Shown: positions 36,662 to 49,989 of the stretch, one piece after another
Layout: every line of letters starts with the position of its first letter
How positions within the stretch are numbered: the stretch's first letter is position 1
DNA from: Octopus vulgaris
Lineage: Eukaryota
Length of the DNA: 64,000 bases
NCBI GenBank assembly: GCA_951406725.2
Contig: OX597822.1
Span: 93,248,001 to 93,312,000, forward strand
Direction: 5' to 3'
Translations under genes and position numbers: made by a program
The notes under the pieces: generated by a model
Told to the model about the DNA's origin: nothing
What the model saw: only the letters and a program-made list of their open reading frames with translations
Databases searched by the model: none

Positions 36662-38510
36662 TCTTATATATAAATCCGAGGTTGTCTGTGTGTGTGTGTG
36701 GCAGGTTTGGTAGCTTTCAACTAACACTAACTCCTCCGAGAACCTGCGGCGCAAGTTGACCAAAGGTATGATAGAAGAAGGCTTGTTCTTCCCTCCGTAG
36801 AAGAAATATTTCAAATAGGACCATGTTAACACCAAAAATTATTTACATCAAAAAGCAGTGCAGTTCGAAACATGAGTTTCAACAGGGTGCAAGGGAGATA
36901 ACTAATGTTAATAATTTGTCTAATAGAAAACTGCCTTTGTATGGTTGGGGGGTCGATTGATGCGGCTGTTATGTCCATGGATGAGCGTTGCTTGAATCGA
37001 CTGGAGAGAGAGATTCTGTTCCCTAATGTTCGCTGCGTGAATTCACTAATTTTCAAGGTCGTCATCGGCTACAGCGTTGAGTACAATTCAGCAATTTCAA
37101 TCGATTTTTTGTGAGAAAAACTAATTGCAGAACATTTTGCTTAGTCATTTGGACTTTCCTAAATTTTCCTAAATACCAACTTAACTACGGCTGTCTAGAA
37201 ATGTATCTTTGGTACTATACAAGAACTATTTACCTTCTTTTATGGATTTCGAACTTCTTTTATGGATTTCGAACTTCTTTCGAACTTCTTTCTTAATAAT
37301 TGTTCAATAACTATTAAATGAAATAATAAATCTCAGAGCGAGTTATAAACAGTAGCTGCAACACATCGTGACGTATATTTGCCATTTAAATATGGCTAAC
37401 CCCTAAGGGTGGATGCTACTGTAGTTTGAAGCCCCAGGAGGACACCTCCTCCAGCTGGCTATAGACACACTTTCTGTGCCCTATCAGTATTTGGAAGGGG
37501 AAGCCATCCTTCCCGTCTTCAACTTATGATACACACGGACTCGAGTTTCTGGGTATTGACCCGTCATCGGCGTGTGACAATCACAGTTGTCGATGAAAAG
37601 TAGGTTCCCTTCGCAAATACATATCCTTTTTCCTGTATCGTAAAGACACTAATATCGAAAAAGTGTAAACAAACAATAATAAATCTTAGAGCGAGTTATA
37701 AACAGTAGCTACAACACATCGTGATGTATATTTGCCATTTAAATATGGCTAACCCCAAAGTGTGTCTATAGCCAGCTGGAGGAGGTGTCCTCCCGGGGCT
37801 ACAAACTACAGTACCATCCACCCTTAGGGGTTAGCCATATTTAAATGGCAAATATACGTCACGATATTAAATGAAACTATTAACGGAAACATATAAAATT
37901 AAAAAAATTGTGCTGCATGTTGATGTAGAAGACTTTTTGAAATTTCTTTGCATTTAAGATATACTTTTTGCCACATCACTTTGCCTAAACGTGTTTCACA
38001 CGACAATGCTTAAAAAAAAAAGGGCTATAATACAATCGACCGGAAAACAGATGATGAAAAGAAGGAGACTTCATTCACCGTCGTTGAGTCGTAGAGAGTC
38101 TCAAATTGCGGGGAGTTCGATTGATGCGGCTGTTACGTCCACAGATGAGCGTTGCTTGAATCGATGTAAGGGAGATTCTGTTTCCATTGCATCTTCTCAT
38201 TCAAATGAGAATGATGACGAGACTTCGATTCAAGGCAAGCAGTAATGCCTCAGCAACTACATCCCCACAGGTTACGCTGAATAAGGAAAAAATGTTCGAC
38301 ATTAGAACGAAGGAAATGCAATGATTAATGCAGATGTACAAGCTGCAGACAAAAATAATCGGCGTAGACTTCGTTTACACCGAAACGTTGCAGCTGTATG
38401 AGCTGCAAGAGCTGCTGAGAACGACGCTCAACGTGAACTACGTCTGAGTAGAAACGCTGCCTTAGCGCAACTAAAAAACAAACCCGAGCAACGTCGGGCA
38501 ATACTGCTAG
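36662..38510 (+). mobile_element. Non-autonomous Helitron
   Basis: A|TC 5' end, 3' hairpin CCCGAGCAACGTCGGG (38483-38498) followed by CTAG|T. Contains decayed Rep-N-terminus-like repeats (ARAAENDAQRELRL). Confidence 0.8.
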
Positions 38511-38545
38511 TATATATAAATTTGTATGACTCTCTTATATATATA

Positions 38546-38940
38546 CTAGCAGTATCGCCCGGCGTTGCTCGGGTTTGTAAGGGAAATAACTATAAAGCAT
38601 TTTTAGAGAGTTATAGCCAAAAAAATAGCAAAAAATGCATTAAAGATGGAAAACAAAATCATGGTAAATTTTTTTTAAAATCGTTGACTCATCGTAGACA
38701 TTTTTAGAGAGTTACTTCCCTTATATTTAAAAAATATGCATTAAAATGGAAAAAAATGATGGTAAATTATTTTTAAAATCGTAGACTCATCGTAGACGCG
38801 CGCTAATACGCAGAAAGGCTCGATATGAATCACGACTATAAGATACCCGGTTTTGGTTAAACTGCACCGCAAAATGTGGGAGTAGTTAGGAATCTAAATC
38901 GGAGTAGACAGACACACAACCTTTCTTTTATATATAAAGA
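38546..38940 (-). mobile_element. Non-autonomous Helitron (short)
   Basis: Minus strand A|TCTTTATATATAAAA ... CCCGAGCAACGCCGGGCGATACTGCTAG|T. Internal ~100 bp duplication. Confidence 0.85.
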
Positions 38941-39234
38941 TATATAAATTTTGTACGACTCTCTTATTCTTTCATTCTTTATTTCTCTCTATCAGCCCCT
39001 TCATACTTACTTCGTTCTTTCCACTCTTCTTTCTTCCGTTCCCCCTCTCTCACATTCCTGGCTTTCTCTTCATTCTCACCTTTCCTCCTCTTTCATTTCA
39101 CTCTGTCCCTTTTCTTTTTTCTCGTCCCTCCCTAATTCTTCTGTCCCTCTGCCTCTACCTCTCTCCTCTCTCTCCACGTGACCGGTATTCGGCCAAGCCT
39201 GATCTTTCTTTCATGGTTCGAGTACAATTCGTAC

Positions 39235-39302
<68 letters not shown>

Positions 39303-39318
39303 GTCTGTCTGTCTGTCT

Positions 39319-39366
<48 letters not shown>

Positions 39367-39815
39367 ATATATATATATGGACACATATTTATATTTATAT
39401 CTGTACATAAATCTATATATCTATATAGAGTATTTACTGATGTGCCGTCAGTAAACACTTAAGGTGGACAGTTGCTGACCTCTGTGCTGTAAAACACACA
39501 AAAAATAAACAAACAGTCGCGCGACTGAGCTGAACGCAGATTTACTGATTGCCTTTGTAGGGGTGTACGCAAAACGTGTACTACAGTGGTAGTATGCATA
39601 GCTCAAATGCTGTGGTTGAAAAGCAGGAATTAATTATGCCTACCTAATCTACAAAAAAAAAAAGATATTTTGCGGTTTATGCAGAGTAATCAAAGAAACC
39701 TTCATAATTTTATTGAATTCGGTACATAATTTGCCATAAAAGGAAAATGTTCTTATCGATCTATTTTATTCACGGTAGCCCCTGCCTACTTTGCCTACCT
39801 AGGTGGCACGTCCCT

Positions 39816-39862
<47 letters not shown>

Positions 39863-39911
39863 ATATATATATATACACAAATATCTATATATATACATAT
39901 GTATATATATT

Positions 39912-40359
39912 TCACGCCATCTCCGCTCAACCGGTCATTCGCTACAACACCTGTCTGTGTTAGGATTGTCTTTGCGTAAGGGCCATCCGGACTTCCGCCT
40001 TCACCGTGAACAGAAATTAATCTTCTCTCTTCGCTCCTTTGCGCCATATGGGCTCAAACTCCTCCTCTCTTCACGCCTACCCACCTCTCTTAATTGATAC
40101 CGCCCCCATCCCACCCCTAACACCCATACACCACACCCACATCCCATACCTTCACCTAACCCCACTTCATCCCACACACTAACACTGACCACTTCCCAGC
40201 AGCCACACGTTACAGACGCACACACTTATGCATGCACACATACTAGTCTTGACCACTGACCAGTACCCACACCACACACCACAATTTTCAATAGCGTTAC
40301 CACACGTACCACTATATGAGCATCCACTCGTTACAGAGGCACACACACACGTACACATC

Positions 40360-40418
<59 letters not shown>

Positions 40419-40715
40419 TCTCAGATACACACACGCACGCGCACATTTGTTTTGGGATTACCAATACTTTATTATCTCCTCTCCTTTCAACCTCTTCTTT
40501 CAAACTTTTTTCCTAATGAGTCGCCATACTTGACCGCTAAATCCACAAGTGTTTTTTTAATTCTCTCTCTGTTTAATTTCTCTTATTCCTTTCTGTAGAA
40601 GAGCGTAGGCTCAAAACGTAAAAGACTTTTTCACTTTCCTGAGCATCAAACTAATATATCTGCTTGTTGTTCATACACCTGTCTTCGTCTTTTGTTTTTC
40701 TATAAATGTCAACTA
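39912..40715 (+). mobile_element. Penelope-like element 3' part (GIY-YIG C-terminus, UTR, hammerhead-like motif)
   Basis: SRHLRSTGHSLQHLSVLGL..RLHREQKLIFSLRSFAPYGL (H..GH, R..E..I..L...P.GLN pattern). CTGTAGAAGAGCGTAGGCTCAAAACGTA at 40593. Confidence 0.8.
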
Positions 40716-40852
40716 TATGTGTGTGTGTGTGTGTGCATAAAGATATATATCTATCAATATCGACTTTCTCTCTCTCTTTCTCTTTCATTCTCTCTCTCTC
40801 TCTCTTTATCTTTCTTTCTTTCTTCTCTCTCTCTCTCTCTCTCTCTCTCGAA

Positions 40853-41165
40853 CTGTGGTTTTCTTCCGGGGTTTATATGGCCTCTGAAGGTCCATATAAG
40901 ATTTTTGAGGGTCCACACAACAAAATAGTAAATTGAGAATCAACAATAGTATTCTAAGGCCCCTGAAAAAATGTTGCTTTAGATGTATGTATTGATGTGT
41001 ATTGCATGAAATAGTCAGGTTTCTTTCTCTAACGTTTTACATAATTCAATCTACACAAGTATGGAAAACAAAATAGGAATTTTGTAAGAAGCTCTATAAA
41101 ACAAGTTTTTAATATCGAATAGCTATGGGGGTCCACCATAAATAAAAAATGGTTGAGAACTCCTG
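40853..41165. mobile_element. Diverged hAT-type MITE
   Basis: Right end GGTTGAGAACTCCTG, left end CTGTGGTTTTC, with GGGTCCA subterminal motifs. Confidence 0.5.
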
Positions 41166-41864
41166 GTCTATAGCAATAACGTGTCAATGAGGAAGGCTTT
41201 GTATGTGACTGGTGAGTATGTGACTGGCTTGACCTGTTAGAAAGAGTCGCCAAATTTTCCTCAAATCACAGCTCTCGACCTTTAAAAAATAGGAAATTTG
41301 GACAACCTGGTGTTGGACTCCTTGGTAAGAGGAAAAACAAAGACACGGTAGTCCCCACTGGAGTGCCTTTGTATGCTCCATTAGGACTGAAGTGGGATTA
41401 AACGACAACAACAACAACGAAAACAATATCAACCCTCAGTGCGCCAAACCTGCGTTACGTTTTCATTTCATAGCTGATGCTTTTTCGTTTCATTCATGGC
41501 CTGTAATGCCCCCCGAAGGGAAAAAACAGAATCTGAAGCTCTCAGCTTGCTTCAAATCAAAGTAAATATGTAATAAACATAAACTGTATGGTGCACCGAT
41601 AAAAGTGTAATTTAAACCAAAGTGTTCGAATAAACCCATAAACCATCTGTAAAGATCATAGAATAGCACTCGTGACGGAAGAGAGCAACGAAGTAAAATG
41701 ATATACTCGACAAAAGTTTTGTAAAACATATTAAAAGTGAATTAAATTTGCCTTCGTCCCAGTGTAGTGAGATTTCATGATTTCATTATTGAATCTACGT
41801 ATGCTGTTTATAGTGGTTCGAATATGAGGCATATACGTCTGTCTGTCTGTCTGTCTGTCTGTAC

Positions 41865-41906
<42 letters not shown>

Positions 41907-42070
41907 ATGTATGTATGTATGTATGTATATATATATGTGTGTGTGTATATATATATATGAATATGTATGTGTATAGTATATATATATATATATATATATG
42001 TGTGTATATATATATATATATATGTTCATATATATATAAATGTGTGTATATATATATGTGCGTGTATATA

Positions 42071-42103
<33 letters not shown>

Positions 42104-42229
42104 GCATACATATATAAATATGTTTGTATATATATATATTTGTATAATATATCCGTATGTATACACATATGTGTACATATACACGTGTGTGTTTTTACAT
42201 ATATATGTGAGTATATATGTATGTCATAT

Positions 42230-42385
42230 TCTTTTATTTGTTTCAGTCGAAGAAATCGACCTCAGGACTTATTTTTGTAAGCCTAATTCTTATTCTATCG
42301 GTTATTTATTGCTGAACCGCTAAGTCACGGGGACGTAAACACATCAACATCAAGTTGGGCGGAGACAAACACAGACACACAAACA
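42230..42385 (-). mobile_element. SINE family A tail fragment
   Basis: Reverse complement of the family A tail. Confidence 0.8.
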
Positions 42386-42473
42386 TACATACATACATAC
42401 ATACATACATACATACATACATACATACATACATACATACATACATACATACATACATACACACATATATATA

Positions 42474-42784
42474 GGGCGAATACTGTCGTTAATTAGCTCC
42501 AAGAGGCCGTCGCATCTAGCTTGCTATATGATACACAAACCTTTGTCCATTGCAACCGTCGAACAGGGGAGGTCATCAGCTTCCCCATGCTGGTTCAGAC
42601 ATCTACTTACTACTCCCAATTGATAAAGGGCAAATACACAGAAACTAGTCTGTGGTTGTCTGTACCAGCATGGGGAAGCTGCTGACCTCCCCTGTTCGAA
42701 GGTTGGAATGGCCTTAGATTTTTGTATCACATAGCTAGCTAGAGGCGATGGCCTCTTGCAGCTAATCAACGCCAGTATTCCTCC
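42474..42784. mobile_element. Foldback MITE with ~125-bp imperfect inverted arms and TA flanks
   Basis: CGAACAGGGGAGGTCA(T)CAGCTTCCCCATGCTGGT pairs with ACCAGCATGGGGAAGCTGCTGACCTCCCCTGTTCG. Symmetry extends to both ends. Confidence 0.8.
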
Positions 42785-42899
42785 TATTTTAATAGACTGC
42801 CATGTTAGCTTGACGATAACTATTAATGCTCAGCACTGCTGCCGTAGTCTCCTTTAGAGAGATTTTGAAATAGTAATATATATATATATAGCTTTGTTT

Positions 42900-43320
42900 A
42901 TTGAGATTATAGTGTAGGGAAGCTACTTAAGCGTCACTTATAAACATATTCTCGAAATAATTTTTTTTTCTCCGATAAATACATTTTCGTCACCAACAGT
43001 AACAACACCAAAAGTAGGCTTCAGGAGTGGGCTGTTTTGTAATATGATGTATATTCTAACGGTTAATAAATTTATGAATATAGACTCCCCGTTGAAAACA
43101 AGTCTGTGATTGTTGATAATGAAATTTGATAGAGAAAACTGAGAAAATATAGATTGATTTGGACGTATTAATAAAATGATAATTTTATTGTTAAAAATAT
43201 TCATCTTTAATTATAAACTTCTACAATGTTGAAAGTATTAAATTAAAAAGTAAACCTACAAAACCTGTATCATAATTAGTATGTAATGAAAATTAAATTA
43301 ATTGTATAGTGTAAATATCA
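42900..43320 (+). mobile_element. Possible highly decayed L1/Tx1 ORF2 C-terminal relic
   Basis: One frame gives GLFCNMM...FGRINKMIILLLKIFIF, a weak resemblance to the zf-RVT downstream region. Confidence 0.3.
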
Positions 43321-43771
43321 AGGTACTTTAACCGTGGTGGTATTTTGACAATCCAGGTTGATATAAGTTGCAATGCAGATAGTAGCAGAGAATATTACAA
43401 CAGAGGGTATCCAGGAATCAGGGCCTGGCTGCGACGCGGCCCCTTAGAGTGTGAGGGGCCAAGGGCTGATACACTTGCATGAAGGGCGCTTCTTTTCTGA
43501 AGACTTGCAAGGGTCAGATCTCTCTAGAGTTTCTTACTATTGTGAATTTATTCTATGTCCAACCATTTACATAGGCAAGGCTGTGTAATACAAGCGCGCG
43601 AATAGTTGTGTGGTTAAGAAGCTCGCGTTTTAGTCACGTGGTTTTGGATTCAGTTCCACTCCACTGTGCAGCATCTTAGACAAATGTCATCAATTGTAGC
43701 CCCAGGCCCGACCTTTGTTCTGGAAGTGAATTTGGTAGACGGAAACAGCGTCCTATCGGAGGCCAGGACGC

Positions 43772-43972
43772 CATGATAGATCGTTAGCTCCTACACGCAT
43801 TTTTTTCTCGCCTTGTTTCTCTCCTTGTTTTTTTTTCTGTGTATCTTTCTGTAGAAGAGCATAGGCTCGAAATGTAAAAGACTTTTTCTATTCCTGAGCG
43901 CTATACTAATACATTTGTTTGTTTGTACTCCACCTGCCTTTGTCCTTTGTTCATTTTCGTAAACTTTCCCTT
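43772..43972 (+). mobile_element. Penelope-type terminal repeat with minimal hammerhead motif
   Basis: Matches 10031-10247. TCTTT-CTGTAGA-AGAGCATAGGCTC-GAAATGTA-AAAGA. Confidence 0.75.
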
Positions 43973-43991
43973 TATACATATATATATATAG

Positions 43992-44029
<38 letters not shown>

Positions 44030-44037
<8 letters not shown>

Positions 44038-45017
44038 CAAAATGGGACAAGAACGCAAAACAACCGGACCGTTAGGTGATACAAAAATGGAGCAACAAAA
44101 TATCCAGATAGACGATACAAAGAAAACAAGGACGGGTCATTCGGAGTTTTCTTTCCTCAGTCAAGTACCAGATTATCTTCACAATTTCGGCTGATTATGC
44201 TTGAGATTGCTCCAATCTGGTCAGCCCCAAGGAGCAACTAACCTAAGAGCATTAGATTCCTTGGAAGAAAGTAGCGAATATATACAAAAACAAGGACGGA
44301 AAAAAAACGGACAATGTTGCACAAATACAATAAAAATAATAATAACAGGACATAACAAGAGGTGTCTTTCGACTAAGGACGAATTAAATTAAGCTGGCGT
44401 GTGTGGAAATGAAGCCTTACGGCATGGATAGAGGGTTTCACAGACACAGAGTGGAATATCGATGTTGCCTGGACAACGGCCAGACCAAGAAAGAAAGAAC
44501 AGGTTTGGCCGAACGCCGGTCACGTGGGAAGAGAAAAGAGAGAAGTAGAAGCAGAGGGACAGAAGAATTAAGGAGGAGCGAGAAAAAATGACAGGGACAC
44601 TGTGAAGTGAAAAGCGGAGAGAAAGTGAGCAAGAAGAGAAGGCAAAGAAATGTGAGAGAGGGGAAACGAAAGAACGAATAAGCGTGAAAGGGCTGACAAA
44701 CATAAATAGAGTCGTACAAGATTTAGAAAAATGTATACATATAAATAAGAGACCAAAGTGTACGTACGCCGCTATATATATATATATATATATGATAAAA
44801 AATAGGACAAGAATGCAAAACATCTGGACGGCTGATTATACTTGAGATTGCTCCAATCTGGCCAGCCCCAAGGAACAACTAACCTAAGAGCATTAGATTC
44901 CTTGGAAGAAAGCAGCGAATGTATACAAAAACAAGGACGGAAAAAATGGACAATGTTAAACAAATGTCCCATTTTTGTATCCCCTAACTGTCCAGATGTT
45001 TTGAGTCCTTGTCTCAT

Positions 45018-45020
<3 letters not shown>
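44030..45020 (-). mobile_element. Probable Penelope-type repeat with partial tandem duplication
   Basis: 44190-44318 is repeated at 44830-44957. Homologous to 36360-36612 and 38945-39215. Confidence 0.55.
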
Positions 45021-45059
<39 letters not shown>

Positions 45060-45295
45060 CAAGGAAAAATTAAAAAGGCAGAATGCTAAATTGAAGGAAA
45101 ATTTTAATGAAAATGGGTGTATGGAAAATTTTGAAAAATTAATAAAATATATATATATTTTTTAAAATATATATATATTAATAACATTTTCCATACACCC
45201 ATTTTCATTAAAATTTACCTTTCTGCCTTTTTAATTTTTCGTTGCCCCTATCATTTCTTCACGTGCGGTCAACACAACCCCACCATTTATTGATT

Positions 45296-45329
<34 letters not shown>

Positions 45330-45330
<1 letters not shown>

Positions 45331-46220
45331 GGTTTGTCCGATGTTACAGATATCGGACGGGTATGTTTGATTCTTAGTATTTTCAAATCTAAATCAGAAG
45401 AAATCTCTGAGCTGATGAAGGAAAAGTGGCGTTTTACCCACAAATCCAGAAACAGACTGTCCTCGGGTATCGTATATGGATGTGATCTTTCATTGTTTTT
45501 CCCTTATACCTATGTGAGTTATTTTTCTGAGTATGCATTGTCTGGAGACTTTTATTTGCAGTTGAAGAAATAGCCAAATTTTTGGCTGCTATTTCTGAAA
45601 AGTTCGGTGTGTGGTAAAGTGAATTCTTTTACTTTACCATATTTTTATAAATTAATACTTCAAATATACCGTAAATGGTCTTTACATACCGAATACTGCT
45701 TGGTCGAATTTATTAACAATTAATTAATTCGACCCCTTTTTTGATAACAATATAATGCTTTCTCTCCAAGAATTTGAACTGCAGTTTTTACCTCTGTAGA
45801 AATGTAATGCTCTATGACTCACGTGGGTGGACAGGGAGAATAATAGATCTCATTCGTATTTTTGGATTCGCTAGTACTGGGTGTCTGGCATGGTTTGTCC
45901 GATGTTACAGATATCGGACGGGTATGTTTGATTCTTAGTATTTTCAAATCTAAATCAGAAGAAATCTCTGAGCTGATGAAGGAAAAGTGGCGTTTTACCC
46001 ACAAATCCAGAAACAGACTGTCCTCGGGTATCGTATATGGATGTGATCTTTCATTGTTTTTCCCTTATACCTATGTGAGTTATTTTTCTGAGTATGCATT
46101 GTCTGGAGACTTTTATTTGCAGTTGAAGAAATAGCCAAATTTTTGGCTGCTATTTCTGAAAAGTTCGGTGTGTGGTAAAGTGAATTCTTTTACTTTACCA
46201 TATTTTTATAAATTAATACT
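45330..46220. repeat. Tandem duplication, 561-bp period, about 1.6 copies
   Basis: 45330-45659 is identical by eye to 45891-46220. (TA)n on both flanks. Confidence 0.9.
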
Positions 46221-46306
46221 ATATATATATATATATATATATACATATATATATGTATATAGCGGTGTACGTACACTTTGGTCTCTTATTTGTAAGTATA
46301 CATTTT

Positions 46307-46378
<72 letters not shown>

Positions 46379-46523
46379 TTATATAGTGGAAGTTTACAGA
46401 GAAACAAAAGCCGAATACAGGTGTACGAACAACAAGCAGGTGTATTAGTTTGACACTCGGGAAAGTGAGAAAGTCTTTTACGTTTCGAGAAAGGATTAAG
46501 AGAAAATAAACAGAGAGAGTTTA

Positions 46524-46878
46524 TTAGGGCAGCGGACTCGCGTTCGTGGGATCGTGGTTTCGATTCCTAGACCGGGTGTTGTGAGTGTTCATTGAGCGAA
46601 AACACCTAAAGCTCCACGAGGCTCCGGCAGGAGGTGGTGGCGAACCCTGCTGTACTCTTTCACCACAACTTTCTCTCACTCTTTTTTCCTGTATCTGTTG
46701 TACCGGTATTTCAGCCTTGTCACACATTGTGTCATTCTGAATACCACCGAGAGCTACGTTAACGGTACACGTTTCTATGGAGTGCTCAGTGATTTGCACG
46801 CACGATAATTTCACGAGCAAGCTGTTCCGTTGTTCGTATCAACTGAGACCCTCGTCGTCGTAACCGACGGAGTGCTCC
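46524..46878 (+). mobile_element. SINE family C copy, 5'-truncated
   Basis: Matches 2278-2637. Confidence 0.88.
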
Positions 46879-47373
46879 TAAAAACCACGTTAAATGTTCA
46901 TATCGTACCATGGTACTTATCTCATGGTACGATATGAACATTTAACGTGGATTTTAGAGTCAGGGTTTTGACTGCTATTTCGGCATGGTGGTGTCTCTCA
47001 GACACCCTTATTTTTAGTTGTAAAAAATAATTACCTTTGTATGGTATTTTTCCCATGCTGGCCACTTGATAATATCGATATCATCCTTATTTATAAAAAT
47101 ATATATATATATATACACACACATATACGCGAGTGGAAACACGAAAGAAAAGGGCACTCAACACATTTATAGGAGGTACATGTATTATTTAAAACAGTTT
47201 GATTCGGTTCTGTGCGACTTCAAGTGTCGCAGGCCCTTTCAGACTTTGGATTGCCGAATGAAGAAGTACAGGAGATCCAAGATGGTTACCCGAAAGTAGG
47301 CTGCTATAAGTCAAGGCAGGTCACATTCTGTTGTCAGTTCCTTAGCGTCAACAGTTTCATCAAAAAAAGGGGA

Positions 47374-47415
<42 letters not shown>

Positions 47416-47713
47416 GTCCACTCCACCGCTTGATAATCGGTGACTGTTCGTTTACGTAGCCATAACTTACCGGTTCGGCCAAAATATCGGTAAAAATAAG
47501 TCGATCCTTGTGCTTACAATAAGCACAAGAATCGACTTATCCAGCTAAAACTTTCAAAGCTGTACTCCAGCATAGCCGCAGTCTAATGATTAAAACATCT
47601 AAAAAATAAAAAAATATAAAAAAAACATATACAAACTCATGGCCGTCTTTTGAATCATTTTGTTTATATACTTCATATGTAAATTTTAAAGAGAAAAGGA
47701 TGAGCCCAAATTC

Positions 47714-47749
<36 letters not shown>

Positions 47750-48043
47750 CCTCTCGCACGTGAACGATTTTGTAAGAAATATAAAAAAATTAGATTTACT
47801 GTATTACCGAATCTATGAAAACAGCAACAAAAAACAGGAAAAAAAAACATAGTTTGGTTAAAATATAATATATAAGTTCTATTAAGTAGGTAGGAACGGC
47901 TGGAATTAAACAAAACTTATGTAAGAATTGCATCTAAGAATATTCGGTTTGGTCGAATGAATAGCAAATCCAAATAACGAACGGGTTATGAGAAAAATAT
48001 TTATGGAATTTTGTATGTCTAAGTATGAGTGTGTGCGTGTGTA

Positions 48044-48129
<86 letters not shown>

Positions 48130-48346
48130 TCGAGGCTTTCTTCCAAGGAATCTAATGCGCTTGGCTTAGATTTCCTTGGGGGCTGCTCAGATCGGACTAA
48201 TCTCAAGATTAATCAGCCGAAATTGCGAAGATGATCCGGTTCTTGACTGATGATTGAGGGCTTCGAATGTCCCGTCCGTGTTTTTTTGTGTCGTCTTCTA
48301 AATGTTTCACGATCTTGTCCCGTTTGTATATTTTTTTAACTTTTAC

Positions 48347-48427
<81 letters not shown>

Positions 48428-48431
48428 GATA

Positions 48432-48760
48432 GGCGCAGGAGTGTCTGTGTGGTACGAAGCTGTGGCACCTTGGGCAAATGTCTTCTACTATAGCCTCGGA
48501 CCGACCAAAGCCTTGTGAGACGGAAACTGAAAGAAGCCCGTCGTATAAACATATATATTAATATATGATAATATGTTTGTGTGTCTGTGTTTGTCCGCCC
48601 ACCATCGCTTGATGACCGATGTTGGTGTGTTTACGTCCTTCTAACTTAGCGGTTCGGCAAAAGAGACCGATAGAACAAGTACTAAGCTTACAAAGTCCTG
48701 GAGTCGATTAGTTCGACTAAAGGCATGGCCGCAGTCAAATGACTGAAACAAGTAAAGCAA
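48432..48760 (+). mobile_element. SINE family A copy with deletions
   Basis: Family A head and tail. Confidence 0.85.
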
Positions 48761-49219
48761 AATAGAAAAGAAATATAACATATATGTATTCATATTCATA
48801 TGTTCAGGGTATAGGTGTATTCCATGCGACATGAATATGTAAATACGTGTCTGTGTATGTGTGTGTGTGTGTTTGTATGTACGTTTGCATGTGTGTGCAA
48901 TTGTTTATGTTTGTGGGCGAGTGTGTGTGTTTGTGTATGTCTATAACCAAAAATGCGAGTTGAAGAAATATTCTTTGTTGGACACCGTTTTAGATTCAGT
49001 GTCTTGACTCCCAGACCTCTTGCTTTGAGTCCTTTAGTCGAAGTGACCTAAACTTGTGACATCTGTGACAACTTCAAGCATGTATGCATGCATCCATCCA
49101 TCAATCCATCCATACATACATGCATACATGCATGCGTACATACATACATACATACATACATACATACATACATACATACATACATACATACATGCATACA
49201 TACATACATACATACACAC

Positions 49220-49860
49220 GGCTTCTATATCCAGACTATGGATTCATATTCATACCAATAATAATTGGAGCACTAGGTTTTGTTAGTAAATGCTTAAAGG
49301 AGAATCTGGGTAAACTGGGATTTTCAGAAAGAGAAATCGACCGGCTAATTCGTACATAATAAGTGCAATCTGTGAGTGGAACAGTAAAAATATGCAAGAC
49401 TTTTCTCAAGTTCCAAATATGAATCTGTCTGTGTTAATTACATCCCAAAGATGGAGCCTTGTATCTTTGTTAGATCCGGCTCCCTCCTCAGTGGAAGCTT
49501 TATAATAATTAAAAAATAGAAGAGACACATACAAGCAGTTGTCCGAAAATGTCATCATAGTATCATCTACCGATGAGACATGATGTAGCTAGGACACTCT
49601 ATAATGAAATCTATTGGAAGGATAATCCTGAAAACAAAGAAATAAGAACCCACAGTATGGTAGAAGCCATAGCCACTCATAATAAAAAGGAGTACTGGTG
49701 GAATGTCCCAGTAAAAACCTGATGTAATGATTTGGGATAGAGAAGAGAAACTGTGTATAGTTAAGGAAGTTATCTGCCCAGCGGATGTTAACATAAAGTG
49801 AAAAAGAGAATACCTACGCTGAACTATTGAGAAATCTGCAGTTACTCTATCTAGATCACA
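49220..49860 (+). mobile_element. Two RLE LINE fragments (C-terminus plus UTR 49220-49520; RHD/PD region 49530-49860)
   Basis: First: [57 protein letters not shown]. Second: SSCPKMSS*YHLPMRHDVARTLY..EYWWNVPVK..KPDVMIWDREEKLCIVKEVICPADVNI..EKENTYAELLRNLQLLY. Confidence 0.85.
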
Positions 49861-49957
49861 CGTGATGTATGTATGTATGTATGTATGTATGTATGTATGT
49901 ATGTATGTATGTATGTACGTTTGTATATATATATGAATGTATGTATTCATGTATGTA

Positions 49958-49989
<32 letters not shown>

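Larger units (their letters stand above)
36295..39225 (+). mobile_element. Probable Penelope-type repeat split by two Helitrons
   Basis: 36360-36612 and 38945-39215 are collinear with the minus-strand copy at 44030-44960. Further fragments at 46260 and 48130-48335. Confidence 0.55.

Noticed and set aside
45330-46220. TRIM or LTR element
   Set aside because: No TG..CA termini, PBS, PPT or 4-6 bp TSD were seen.
47125-47362. Possible solo LTR
   Set aside because: It is single-copy here with no clear TG..CA pair or TSD.
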